Below, piece by piece: positions 1 to 13,680 of a stretch of DNA of 64,000 nt (positions are counted from its first letter, which is position 1; every line of letters starts with the position of its first letter). The position numbers were made by a program, and so were the translations under genes. This DNA is from Eledone cirrhosa (taxonomy: Eukaryota), in contig OZ024746.1 of the NCBI GenBank assembly GCA_964016885.1, positions 3,720,001-3,784,000 on the forward strand, in the 5' to 3' direction. The notes below the pieces were generated by a model. It saw only the letters and a program-made list of their open reading frames with translations, made no database searches and was not told the DNA's origin.

Positions 1-893
1 GATGGCCGTTGACTCTTATGAGTTCTTCCGCTCATACATACTACATACATAACTGATAAAATGTTAAAACCTTATTAATATTGAATCCCGCATTAGTCTT
101 TATTTCTATCAACATAATTTCACTCTGACTGAAATAGAATATTATCTAAAACCGGAAATTAAGTTGCTTGTTTCAAGTAGAAATAGTTTTACTCCAACAC
201 CTCAGACGAGAAAAATTAATCATTAAATAAAATGATAGAAGGCTGGTTTGAAATGATGGTTCAACAGATAAGAAGGTGATGAGCAATAACTTATCCATGA
301 AAGATATTTGATACAATATACATGTCAGCCACCTTTTTACAAGTGTAATGAGATTTGTTTTTATGTTTTCAAATATGAAGACACGAATTTGAGCAGCCAT
401 TATGATGGTCTGGTGGTGCAAAACTAATTTTAAGTGTTGCAGTTGTTCATTCTCCTAGGAAGGCATCTATACAACATTTCAGACATTTCCCTTACAGCAC
501 ACTAATATATCTCACTTATCTCTCCATATCCAGGTTTTCTGCTTCTTTCTAGCTTACATGTATTCCCTATACAATTCTATATGTAATACGCATTTTCTTT
601 GTTATATATTATATCTAAATATATTCTGTTGTGTTGTTTTTACGTACTTATTGAAATATTTACTGACCTTTTCAAACTGCATCTCAAAACACTTATAAGT
701 GCCTAATATTTACACATTATTGCGTATTTACCAAACAGATAATAAATTGTCTGCAGAGAAACATAGAGATATTATACACACATAATTCATAAGTATTTCA
801 GTTCTGTTATATTTAATATAATACTTATATAAAGAACGTTGCTTCACTTACAAACACTTGGGAATCTGAAATATTATAAAAGTATCAGCTATC

Positions 894-970
<77 letters not shown>

Positions 971-971
971 T

Positions 972-1130
972 ATATCTATTAAAATAACAGATTAGAGTTT
1001 AAGCAAAGCATCGCTGCTTCACTCCTAACGGGATCTTCTGAAGATCCTGTTAGGGGGGAAAGTAACGATTCTTTGCTTAAACTCTAATCTGTTATTTTAA
1101 TAGATATTTTCTCTACGGGTTTTATATATT
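972..1130. mobile_element. Palindromic mini-element of the CAGANGA hammerhead-like family
   Basis: Arms 972-1040 and 1041-1107 between TA tracts; homologous to 26655-26835 and 33365-33545. Confidence 0.72.
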
Positions 1131-1154
1131 TATATATATATATATATATATACA

Positions 1155-1267
<113 letters not shown>

Positions 1268-1269
1268 GT

Positions 1270-1350
<81 letters not shown>

Positions 1351-1463
1351 TGTGTGCGTATGTTTGTATATACTTAAGGCCTTGAATTAAGATAGACAGG
1401 CAAAAAGATGGACTAATTGTGGAGGAAGAGGACAGAGGGTAAGAGTTATCGATAAGCTCACAG

Positions 1464-1542
<79 letters not shown>

Positions 1543-1546
<4 letters not shown>

Positions 1547-1624
1547 CAAAGGAAGTGTGGTAAGGAACCAGATGGACCATAACGCACCAGAGTACTCAAT
1601 ACTTAAGGTAGTAGAGTGGGAAAT
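1543..1624 (-). mobile_element. Same family, tail only
   Basis: ataacaaaggaagtgtggtaaggaacc...agagtggg matches the copy at 63691-63770. Confidence 0.65.
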
Positions 1625-2267
1625 ATATACAATATATATTGTATATATATATAGTATATGGGTCCTCCAGATCAAGTTTAGATTTTTTAGCCAGGAGATT
1701 ATAGAATAGCTAGAAGGATATGGAGGCGCAGTATTATCCAGTACTACAAACTAACGAAGCACTAGTTAATTATACCATGTTCCCACTGTCTACTGTAATA
1801 AGTGGTACATAGTTAATAGTAAAACAGTATAATACGAGGAAACTAATAATGTTTAGGGGCGGAAAATAGTAAAGAAAAAGTTCCAAGAGTGGAATAAATT
1901 TATGCTGTGAAGAAGAAGATAATTCATCTTTATGGCATAACATTTCTTACACTGTTGGAATGGATATTTACAGCCAGGTGGACTGCGGACATCATGTGTA
2001 TTAGGTATGAGTTTTATCATATACAAGTTGAAATATGGGAACTACAGGACTTTCGGTTGGTAGTGCGACATACTATCGACACGGCAGTGAAGTGATGAGA
2101 TCGGTAGAGCACCAGACAACTTAACAACCCTTTACGTTCTGATTCTAAATACTGGTAAGGTAAACTTTACCTTTCAGATTTATGGGTTGGGATCTATAAA
2201 ACAAAGTAGCAATCATGTACTGGGTTTGATTTGATATTTCTATAAAGTATCCTAGGTGAGAATGAGT

Positions 2268-2550
2268 AGAGGCGCGTGGCCTAGTGGTAAGGGTGTTAGA
2301 CTTACGATCATGATGTCGTGAGTTCGATTCCTGGGCGGGGCTGCATGTTGTGTTCTTGAGCAAAATACTTCATTTCACATTGCTACACTATACTCAGCTG
2401 AAAATGAGTACCAGCAATAGCTGGGGGGGTTAACTCTGCTATGGACTGGCGTCCTGTCCAGAGGAAAGTCTTGTATTCTCCGTTGCTTCACGCCACGAAA
2501 CTGGAATAAGCCCCGGCCTGACGAACCTGTTGGCTTGAGACAAACTTTAG
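2268..2550 (+). mobile_element. tRNA-derived SINE with CORE-like and V-domain-like segments
   Basis: A box tggcctagtggt, B box gagttcgattcc, gtgttcttgagcaaaatactt, atggactggcgtcctgtccag. Confidence 0.8.
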
Positions 2551-3764
2551 ATTTTAGATACGAATGGATTTATTATAGATTTGGTTGTCTTTTACAGGAA
2601 ACGAGAAAGAAATTTTTCAGACACCAAAATATGAAATTTTTATTGTTGATGTTTATCTCCATGTCAGCTCTGACCTAACAGCTTTGTGATATCAATATTG
2701 AATATTCTGTAAGCAGTTTGAATATATATATTTAAGCCATTATAACTGCATTTTCCAATGTTATGTAGGATTACATTATCTAATGTGTCATCCTTATAGT
2801 GTGGTTTGAGGAAGATGTGGCATCTATTTCTAGCCAGATCAAGAGATCACGTAGAAGCTCGTTTGTTAGCTCGGTGTATTATAAACTAGATAAAGTAAAT
2901 AGATAAAATAATTGTTTCCTACATCTTCCTATGTTTTACGTAATATAGTGTTCAAATATCATAACTCACCTTAGTTAGTGGAATAAACAAACAAAAGAAG
3001 AAAACAAAACAACAAAAACAAATAAATCAGAATGCCAAAAACTCGTTTTCCATCAAATATTTCTATAATATCCCAAATCCAATTAGATAGTGTGATTACA
3101 GGTTATAATATTTCAAGAAACACTAGCGCCCTCTACCCGAGATATCTTAGAAGAGGCATAAAATTACCGTTCCTTGTTTGTAATTCCTTTCTTACAGTTG
3201 TTAGTAAACATGCTTGACAGGAATGGTACTAGTGATGTGTCTGGTTCTTCTCTTGTGATAAAACAAGCAGCTTGCTAGTTCTTTAAAACACTATAGATTT
3301 CATCATGTCAGTTCTCAGAATGATTTAAGTTGGGTGGCATTTCCAGTTTTGTTTTATCTCTATGTTCTGTATTTTTATTATATTTGTGTTGGTGTGTTGT
3401 TGTTGCTGTTGTTATTGTAAAAACGTTAGAGCGTCGGACAAAATGCCTTACATTTATTTACTACTCTTTACCTTCTGAGTTCATATCCCGCCTAGGTTAG
3501 ATTTGCTTTTTACAGTTTCGGGGTCGATAAAATAAAGTATCAGTAAAGTACTAGGGTCGATTTAAACGCCCCACCCCCACATAAATTGCACACCGTGTAC
3601 TTAGAAATCATTCAACATAATTTACTTACGTCCCTTAACGTTCCGAGTTCAAATCACGCCAAAGTCATCTTGCTGATTAAATGATTATTATTCCATTTTA
3701 TTTCATTTTTACTTGTCACGTACCCTTCATATTCCGACACACACACACGCACGCGCACGCACGC

Positions 3765-3857
<93 letters not shown>

Positions 3858-4158
3858 GACAAACGCTTTCATATTTTCACCTCCAACAAAGCCGACATTC
3901 ATTGAAAGCCGGATACGGCAACCTTGTACCCTGATATATATATATGTAAAAAAGTACACAGAAAACAACAAACCAAACAATAAAGTACAGTGAAGATATA
4001 TTAGTTTAACGCTTGATATAGTAGGGAGAGAGTCTCAACGTGTTTGGTCCTTCAGAAGATAGACAGAGAAATAAAAGAGTAAATAGAAAGACAGAGAAGA
4101 AGAAGAAAAGGAAAAAAATATTTGGTGGAAAAAAAGCACGTGTGTGTTCAGACATTTT

Positions 4159-4201
<43 letters not shown>

Positions 4202-4329
4202 TGTGTGTGTATATATATATATATATGTGTGTGTGTATATATATATATATGTGTGTGTGTATATATACAAATATATACATACACACACACACATATATAT
4301 ATATACACATATATATGTATATATATATA

Positions 4330-4382
<53 letters not shown>

Positions 4383-5197
4383 GTATATATATGTATGTGT
4401 GTGTGTATGTATGTAAATGTCTACATGTATGTACACGTAAACACAAACACATTGTGTCTTGAAGAAAATGTTGATTTTCTGATAATTCTGATTGTTCTAA
4501 CGTTAGCATTAGTTCTGGTTTACAGACACTGTTTTTTTTATACACCAACGAAACCAACGAGTTATTTGAATGCTTATAAATAATTAATGGCTAAGGAATC
4601 TTTAGCAATCTCTAACAATCTTTAGCAATCCTTCATAAACTGATAAAGCATATGTTTTATTATATGCACCCCTGCTCCCTACATAAAGTAGATCAGTCTA
4701 GATAAGTTGAAACACAGCATTCGCAAGATTTTATGATTTTTATTTTATTTTCCCTCTTGGAATTAGAAATAAAGAGTTGTTTATTTGCCTCACTGAACGA
4801 TATTGTTGGTTTTCTTTTTCTACAGTTTTGTTTCTAATTTTACTCAGACTACCACCAACAATTAGTATAAATAAATAAATATATAATATCTTCTTAGCAA
4901 CTTATATCAGTATATATATATATGTCTATATATATATATACTGATGCCTCCATCATGGAATCATGGATCACCTAAGCACCCTTGCTATATTAACACACTT
5001 TGATCTGCTTAACTTCAATGACTTTGCTTGTAAATAACATTATTTTTTCTTCCACATTAACTTTTTATGTTCCACATTATGCACGTTTTTTTTTCCTTTT
5101 TCTTTTTTCTTTTCACTTCATAAACCTTGTTTGTAAATAACATTATTCTTTCTGCACTTTCTCTTTAACATGTGCGACACCACACTAATACATTTCA

Positions 5198-5239
5198 CTA
5201 TCATTTGATAATGCATAAAAATGCTGAAACCGGTAATAG
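5198..5239 (+). ncRNA. Decayed hammerhead-like motif
   Basis: ctat..tTGATaA-t-GCAT-aaaa-ATGC-t-GAAACCGGTA|atag; first core half mutated; within an insert (~4940-5430) between TA tracts. Confidence 0.35.
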
Positions 5240-5431
5240 ACAATAATTAAATATATAAATAGATAAATAAATGCCATTGTTAAATAATAAATAAATCAAC
5301 TAATACCTGAACACTTCACACAAAGTAAAACATTTCGTTTTAATCATTTTCTAACCCAGAAAAAGAGAGAGAAACAAAAAAGGAAAAAAAATATTTTTCT
5401 TCCTAATAATCGTCTCTTTCTCCCTGTTTTC

Positions 5432-5473
<42 letters not shown>

Positions 5474-6376
5474 TGTATAACTTCATAAAAATAATTGTTT
5501 CTATTTTTGGCTCAAGGCCAGCAATTACTCAGTACATTACTGGTACTTTATTTTATCGGCCCCGTAAGGATGAAAGGCAAAGTTAACCTCAATGTCTTCA
5601 AATATGGTTCGTCGACTCAATAGATTAATATTTTACCACTAATTTAATCTTTTACATGGTGAGCTTGCATACTAATCAGTTCTGATATATTATGTCAGTC
5701 ATCCTTCCGTTTGGGTTAAGTAGATTAACGTAAATTTAAGTGGCAGCTGCTCTAGAGCTAGTTAACCTAGTTAACCTAGTTAACCTAGTTAACCTAGTTG
5801 CTGAAAGGCCCACACACTCTAGTTCATCCGTTGCAGAGTCACCTTACCCTCACTGCATCAATAAAGTTTTATAAAATGGAATCATACTGTATGCTCTTTC
5901 GGGCAAAATGAAAGCAGTAGTTTTCTTGGGCAAGAAAATAGCTAGTGTTCAGGTATAACTCACGTTTGTAAATAACTAGTGTTGTAGTTGATGTATAACT
6001 GATGAATGTTAATAACTCCTGTTGGTATATGACTGACGTTTAGAAGCGGCAAGACACTATATAACTGACAAAAATGGTATTGGTGCCGGCTCTCTGAGGT
6101 CAAATTCCGCTGAGGTCAACTTTGCCTTTCATCCATTCAAGTTCGATAAAAAAAAGTACCAGTCAATTCTTTCACTCTCTCTATCCTTTCTATCTTTCTG
6201 TATTTATGTTTTATTATTGTAGAAATAATTCGACATCGAGGTATTAATTTTATTGCACTCCGTTTCATGAAGCTAATCCTGAAGTCTTCAAAATTATATA
6301 TACCTTTGGCACCTTCGTCGAATACACGAGTCTCTCCCCTCCTCTCTCTCTTTCTATGTACACACACACATACACA

Positions 6377-6504
<128 letters not shown>

Positions 6505-6795
6505 GTAAACAAAAACAACAAAGCAAACGACTTATGTATGTAGTGCACAGTCTTTCCTCACTAAAATAAATCTTCACGCACAGACATTGCATGATATCAT
6601 TAATCGGTAATTATTGATAATGTTATATCGTGCAATGGCCATACTCGATATCGGGGCAGCCATCATCATCATCATGTATGTATGTATGTTCTTCTGGTTA
6701 TATAATTTCACAAATTTTTGCCAATAGAGAGAGAGAGTCGGTTTCTAACATAGACACAAGACTCTCTCATTGGAATTTACACATCAACTAGGTAG

Positions 6796-6826
<31 letters not shown>

Positions 6827-6937
6827 TGTATGTATGTATGTATGTATGTATGTATGTATGTATGTATGTATGTATGTATGTATGTTTACATTTATGTCTA
6901 TATGTTATGTATGAATGTATGTATGTATGTCTATGTC

Positions 6938-7475
6938 GGGTCATTCTTGAGTGCTACAGGTAACATGTAACCCAGTACAACCTGTCGCATGATCGGGTCG
7001 TCGACGACTAAACCGGCAACCCCACCAAGTTTACTTGGTGAGGAGGGTGATTTTGGACACCCTGAAGGACAAAAAACAAAACCTAACAAAGGGCGGAAGA
7101 ACTCATAAGGGTCAACGGTCAACCGAAAGTGTGTAAATATGTATATAGAAATGTACCGCGCGGTTAAACCACTGGGAATGAAGGAGGACCCCTAGCCTTT
7201 GTCAGGGCATTCTTCTAGGAGAAGGCAACTCAGGAAACTGGGATAACTCCGATATAAAACCTGCGGCTCAGTAGTTACCGATGATGTTGATCTTTTCTTC
7301 TTTTCGGGTTATAGCTACTGTCGCTCAGAGAGTGGGATTGGCTCAGTGCACAGTCTTTCCTCACTTTAAAATATATCTTCACGCACAGGCATTGCACGAT
7401 AGAATTAATTAATAATTATTAATAATCGTATATCATGCAATGGCCATACTCGATAACGAGGGGGCAGCCATCATG
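6938..7475 (+). mobile_element. (TATG)n-associated non-coding retroelement, subfamily A1, full length
   Basis: Homologous copies share the 3' end ggcagccatcatg(tatg)n and are variably 5'-truncated (6541-6675, 16413-16455, 43371-43616, 56028-56070 minus, 1-33 minus). Contains an RTE 5'UTR-like motif ctaggagaagg. Confidence 0.75.
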
Positions 7476-7754
7476 TATGTATGTATGTATGTATGTATGT
7501 ATGTATGTATGTATGTATGTATGTATGTATGTATGTATGTATGTATGTATGTATGTATGTACACAGAATTAATGAACACTCTATTTAATACAAAACACTT
7601 GAATATATCTAGTCAAATAACTATTACTAAGGTTAATTGCCTCATACAACCTGTAAACTGTCGTACATCATCATGGACAATTCTCGACATCTTTCTCCAG
7701 TTGTCACAACTAACATTAAAACATTTATACTATGACGTAGTTAATTACAGGTAT

Positions 7755-8050
7755 ATGGCGAATTGGCAGAGAGAATACTTTATGGTATTCGTTCCGGCTC
7801 TCTGCTCTCTGGGTTTAAATCCCACCTTTCATCCTTTCAAGGTCGATAAAGAAAGTACCAGTCTAATACTGGGCTCGATTCTTCCTCTATATGTCTTTCT
7901 CACCTCCCCTCTCTCACTTTCTAACCTTCTCTGGAAGAAATCTGCAGTATTCAGGCCTGGGAAGGGATGGGCTCCGCCAGGCTTAAAATACCCAAGAAAC
8001 GCCGTTACTACGGCGCCCCAACAACTCCACCAGGAGATCTGGGACCATAA
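7755..8050 (+). mobile_element. Meta-like SINE, long-tail subfamily (also 15060-15402, 17105-17595 and 49010-49300 minus; tail only at 48378-48490)
   Basis: Shared extension ggaagaaatctgcagtattcag...gggctccgccagg...ccaccagga. Confidence 0.72.
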
Positions 8051-9000
8051 ACACATACATACCCTAAAAAGGCTAAAACAACTATAGGATATTAATTTAA
8101 CAACAAAAATATAAAAAAATGTAACAAAATAATGCACAACGACAATAAAATAAAACATAGTTGCAGAACTGTAGAAAGTTGTAGAAATGGAGTAGATATT
8201 TTCACCGAGGCTGTTCTGCATTGCAACAGTCAAGTCGTGTAAATATCTAAGTTGTTTATTTAACGTTTGCGAGGTTTACTATAATATAATTTATATTAAA
8301 GTTTCCCCGTCATGTTTGATAGTATACAACTCTAATATGTATAAATAAAACAGTATTAATGGTTTCTATTTTAGGTACAAGACCAACAAATGGAGAAAGG
8401 TGGGCGATAAACTCAGAATGTTAAAACCACATCGAAGTATTTTGGCCGATGCTCTAATACAAGCAAGGACAACCCTTTTCGAGTAGTGAGCCGCATAGGA
8501 TGTGGCTCATCATGAGGTGGGCCGCACTACTAAAAGCTTCAAAGTAATTTTGAAATTAGGCGTGCTGTTCAGAAAGCCAAACGGGTCACATGCGGCTCAC
8601 GAGCCGCAGTTTGCTCCAGACTGGTCAAATAAGTCAACCAATTCTTCTCATTTTCAGGATAAGAGCAATGAAAAATGAAATACTTTGCTCAAGAGACAAT
8701 GTGGGACCCATTCCTGGGAGGGCAGCTTGTAACAGCAAGACCCTAACTACTTGGACACGCGCTTTCGATGTAAACTATATTACTAAAGACAGCAATACAC
8801 TTTTACTTGTTCAAGTTAGTCGACTACGGCCTTGCTGAGGCACCACATTAGTTTAGTCCATCATATCGATCACACTACTTAGTTAATCTATCTTATTTTA
8901 TTGAACCGTTAAGTTGCGGGTCATCAACACAAACATATATAACTGTATACACAAACGTACACACACACACACTTACACACACACAGAGCTATATATATAT

Positions 9001-9297
<297 letters not shown>

Positions 9298-9599
9298 GTC
9301 TTCACTCACAATGCATTAGTCGACCACTCAACATATCCCAAATCTAAGAAAACTTCTTCAGAAATATAAATAAAACAAGTCAGATGTATAAGACGAGAAA
9401 GAAATCATAACAATAAACTATAAATACCCCTTTACACTGAGACGAGGCTTCTCCTCTCACTGGACACATTTACATCTACTGACACAACCTTATTGTGTAT
9501 CGACACAAAACTATATTTAAAATCATTTAAAAACATATTTACCGTACTGTCCTAGTTTGACCATTACTGAAACGAAATAAAAAAAAATGTAGATTTCGT

Positions 9600-9979
9600 A
9601 TTATATATATATAATATATTTATATATATATAATATATTTATATATATATAATATATTTATATATATATATAATATATTTATATATATATATAATATATT
9701 TATATATATATAATATATTTATATATATATAATATATTTATATATATATATAATATATTTATATATATATAATATATTTATATATATATAATATATTTAT
9801 ATATATATAATATATTTATATATATATATAATATATTTATATATATATATAATATATTTATATATATATAATATATTTATATATATATAATATATTTATA
9901 TATATATATAATATATTTATATATATATAATATATTTATATATATATATAATATATTTATATATATATATAATATATTT
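9600..9979. repeat. Pure-AT minisatellite, ~19-21-bp unit
   Basis: aatatattt(at)n repeated. Confidence 0.92.
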
Positions 9980-10191
9980 CGGTAGAGGGTCGGACACCAT
10001 GCCCTTGCAATTCTGAGTTCAAATCCCGCCGAGGTTAACTTTGCCTTTCATCCTTACGGGGTCGATAAAATAAAGTACCAGTAATGTACTGGGTATTTGC
10101 TGGCCTTGTGCCAAAAGTAGAAACAATTATATATATATATATATATTTAAAGAGAATATAAAACCAATATTACCATATATACGTGTGGATG

Positions 10192-10252
<61 letters not shown>

Positions 10253-10256
<4 letters not shown>

Positions 10257-10479
10257 GAGGTTATATTTAATTTGTTGTGATTCAACAAGCTTAAAAATGA
10301 CAATCCAGGAAGCTCCAACCGTTAAGATTGTCTTTTTTCCGGGTATGTCAATTTTTATTTATAAAACAAATGTGTATTTTATCTGATGAAAGCGCACCAT
10401 AATTTGCCTTGGTTGCCTTTGAAATATGTATAATAAAATAAATATGGTTTTATAAATATAGTTTCCATTTATTAATATT
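10253..10479. mobile_element. Same family as 29870-30321, with the tail piece inverted
   Basis: 10253-10300 matches the tail at 29873-29915; 10316-10479 matches the arm at 30147-30310. Confidence 0.72.
10375..10440 (+). ncRNA. Type I hammerhead ribozyme
   Basis: tattttat-CTGATGA-aagcgcACCA...TGGTtgccttt-GAA-ATATGTAT-A|ataaaata: 8-bp stem I, loopless stem III. Confidence 0.72.
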
Positions 10480-10665
10480 GGTGGATTGGCAGTATCGGTA
10501 GAGGGTCGGACGCCATGCTTTCCAGCATAGTTACGTCCCTTTACGATCTGAGTTCAAATCCCGCCGAGGTTGACTTTGCTTTTCATCCTTACGGGGTCGG
10601 TAAAATAAAGTACCAGTAATACACTGGGTAATTGCTGGCCTTGTGCCTAAAGTAGAAACAATTAA
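10480..10665 (+). mobile_element. Meta-like SINE
   Basis: Same consensus; other plus copies at 9979-10130, 26495-26616 and 42587-42770. Confidence 0.82.
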
Positions 10666-10672
10666 TAGATTG

Positions 10673-10713
<41 letters not shown>

Positions 10714-11019
10714 ATACATATATATCAGGTTTTAAAAAGATTCTGGTCAACTTAACTTCGATGGGATTTGAACTCAGTGCCGAGTGTCGGAATCAATGGC
10801 GTAAAGCATTCTATCCAACGTTTTAACAACTCTGCTAAATGGATATGAAACATAATCAGTGATATAGGCTAAGTGGAACTATGAGGCGCCGGACTAAATA
10901 CATGATAACGAGCGAGCTTTCATTTTATTGCATTTGACAAGGTATATGTCATCAATATCTGACTTTCTAACCGTCTGTCTGTTACGTTGCCTCCTCTCTC
11001 TTTACACACACGCACACAC

Positions 11020-11166
<147 letters not shown>

Positions 11167-11174
11167 CATATATA

Positions 11175-11451
11175 GAGTCTATAATTCCCGCTTTTTTTAA
11201 CGACCCATTTCTGTGGGGCATTTTAACGGCTTGATTCATTCACCGGGCAGAAGGCGACACATCCACATCTACGTGGACTTATATCTAGTAGATTTGGAAA
11301 AGCTATCTGAAGAGCTATATCTTTCCATTGGAAATTCTCTGAATTTCCAATCTTTTGATAAGCGAAACCGTCGGTCATGGCACTAGAAGAGGTAAATATT
11401 TAAATCGTATTTTAATTTATTTAAAAGATTGTTTAATGTTTACTTGTTCCG

Positions 11452-11499
<48 letters not shown>

Positions 11500-11574
11500 C
11501 GGAACAAGTAAACATTAAACAATCTTTTAAATAAATTAAAATACGATTTAAATATTTACCTCTTCTAGTGCCAT
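11175..11574 (+). mobile_element. Short PLE-type terminus with hammerhead plus a tail-to-tail inverted copy across (TA)n
   Basis: 11377-11455 and ~11496-11574 are perfect reverse complements around a TA tract. Confidence 0.7.
11302..11381 (+). ncRNA. Type I hammerhead ribozyme with extended stem II
   Basis: gctat-CTGAAGA-GCT...TTGGAAATTC-tct-GAATTTCCAA...AGC-GAA-ACCG-t-CGGT-C|atggc; GUC site after 11376. Confidence 0.82.
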
Positions 11575-11643
11575 ATAAATATATATATATATATATATAT
11601 TCATTTTATTAAGGCTAAACAGTGAGTCTTTTTACTCTGTTTA

Positions 11644-11696
<53 letters not shown>

Positions 11697-11777
11697 AAAT
11701 GTAGTTTGCTTGAAGCATTGTATATAATATATAACGTTGAAAGAGATAGAAGGCTAGACAATGGAAAATAATATATA

Positions 11778-12158
11778 TAGTGAATCTTCGCTTGTCCGGA
11801 CGGTCAAAACCAAACAGTTAGAAAAAGATCCGGTTAAGTGAAATATCCGGATAAGTGAATTCTAAAATCCCATTGTTACATAATGCTCGTGGTTTCTAAT
11901 GTTTTGGCTTCTTTTAATTAAGATAAAGGACAAATGCTAAGTAAAGAAAGTTTATTAGAATAACAAAAGAAGAGCTAGAATTTATAAGAAAATTAATTAA
12001 ACAAACATAAGAATAACTAAAAACTTGGTAAAACTGAATTGAGTCAAACCATAAAAAGTTAGTACTTTTTTTAAAAATGAATAAAAAGTAGTATTGAAAT
12101 AGCCGGCCGGTAAATCGAATTTCGGAAAAGCGATATCCGGATAAGCGAAGATGCACTG
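11778..12158. mobile_element. Tc1/mariner (Tigger/pogo-like) MITE
   Basis: TIRs tagtgaatcttcgcttgtccgga / tccggataagcgaagatgcactg; TA flanks; internal tccggataag repeats. Confidence 0.75.
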
Positions 12159-12191
12159 TATATATATAAAATCAAGTATTTATTATCATTG

Positions 12192-12243
12192 ACCGAGACT
12201 TTAGGCCTAATGTTTCATGTGCTCGCCACGATCATCAGTAGAT
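12192..12243 (-). ncRNA. Degenerate type I hammerhead
   Basis: atcta-CTGATGA-tcGTG-gcgag-CACat-GAAAC-aTTAGGCCTAAa-GTC|tcggt. Confidence 0.58.
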
Positions 12244-12634
12244 AAAAACATTTATTTGTTTATCACGCTTCCATTATTTATAGTAGTTGAGGAAATGAGG
12301 TATTGTTTTTCTCTAAACCGAAGAAATAAAATTACGAGTGACTGAAAAAATATTTATCCAAATGTGTAGTTAGAAATTCTCTCATGGGAATAACTGTTAA
12401 TGCTTAACAAACAATACGAAAAAGAGAGTAGAAGAAAGGGATTATTAGAGGTTAAATGTTTATAATCCAAATTATGTGTATATAATTTATAGGTCTATAA
12501 AAAAACTTACTTTTCCAACAAGATTTATTCTTAGACAGCGAACAACATCTATATTCCCCCTTCCACTTGAAATACCGTTAAAGAGAAAAAGATTGGAAAG
12601 AAGGCGATATAACGTTTTCTGAATTAGATATGTA

Positions 12635-12840
12635 GCTGTTGTTTATCGGTAGGTCAGCCTTGGATAAACTCACTTATAATTAAAGACATTCCAGCCGTGA
12701 CTATCCCACCTGTTTGTTAAAGTATTGTGTATTACTGACTTCATTATCCTCTATTGTTTTTAGATTGTATTGGGGGATATTAAACCGCTATTTCTAGAAG
12801 ATGGAGCGACCACGTAGAGTATTCCTCTTTGGCTCATAGC
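12635..12840 (+). repeat. Old unclassified interspersed repeat (also ~2645-2875, 21800-21920, 24015-24600, 34690-34910 minus, 61535-61720)
   Basis: Recurrent aggtcagc..tgat, cattccagccgtgac and gctatttctagc...gaccacgtagag segments. Confidence 0.6.
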
Positions 12841-12998
12841 CATGTAACTTTGGAGTAAAAGAGAATAGAGGAGAAATATGAAGTGGGTACGTGAAGATCT
12901 CTGAACAGAAATAAAGGAACGCCCAAGTTTATAATCGAAGGTAGGATGATTTTTAGATTACACAGCAAGCCATTAAAAACACATTCGCAAATGATGTT

Positions 12999-13009
<11 letters not shown>

Positions 13010-13037
<28 letters not shown>

Positions 13038-13680
13038 AATTATTGTGTAAAGTGCTCAGGTGCACTACAACTCGTCAAAAGTGCATGTATAGTACATAGA
13101 ATAATACACAAATGTCAGGGAAGTGAATAATGTATGAGTCATGATATACATGTGTGTATGTGTATGGAGGGGGAACATTAGGTGTAGTGTTGGCGAATTT
13201 CTGGAAGCATGGAGGTTTTAAAGGATGCAGTGTCTCGACAGCTAACAACCGATGCAGGTAGTTTGTTCCATGGAGGTTTTAAAGGATGCAGTGTCTCGAC
13301 AGCTAACAACCGATGCAGGTAGTTTGTTCCATGCTTCAGCAGCTCTGAGGGTGAAAAAATGTTTCCGAAAGTCATGGGAACTGTGCTGTTTTCTGACTTT
13401 GTGGGTATGTCCACATGTGTTAGACACATGGAAATCAAAAAGGTATTCAGGGTTGTTGTTGGCAAGATGGTTAATAACTTTGTGGGTGTTTACCAAGTCA
13501 GTTGCCAGGCGTCGGAGCTTCAATGTATCCATGCCCAGGGAAGCAAGGCGCTCAGAGTATGGTAGATGCCTGATGGAGGGTATTCGCTTGGTTGCACGTC
13601 TCTGAACAATTTCCAGGCAATCAATGTTCTGAACAAGATAGGGGTTCCAGACTGGTGATGCAAATTCTAAATGTGGTATG
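13010..13680 (-). mobile_element. CR1-type LINE 3' end with (ATT)n tail
   Basis: HLEFASPVWNPY...LEIVQRRATK...YSERLASLG..TLKLRRL..DL...RKHFFTLR...WNKLP; 61-bp tandem duplication at 13208-13329. Confidence 0.85.

Noticed and set aside
173-421. 82-aa ORF, and an MMVW motif on the plus strand suggesting a Tc1 transposase relic
   Set aside because: A single short motif among stops; not supportable by eye.
1038-1044. Canonical CTGAAGA box in the first palindrome
   Set aside because: Created by the arm junction; homologous copies show the native sequence is CAGAAGA.
2268-2340. tRNA genes at A/B-box sequences
   Set aside because: They are SINE heads continuing into SINE bodies, with no full cloverleaf.
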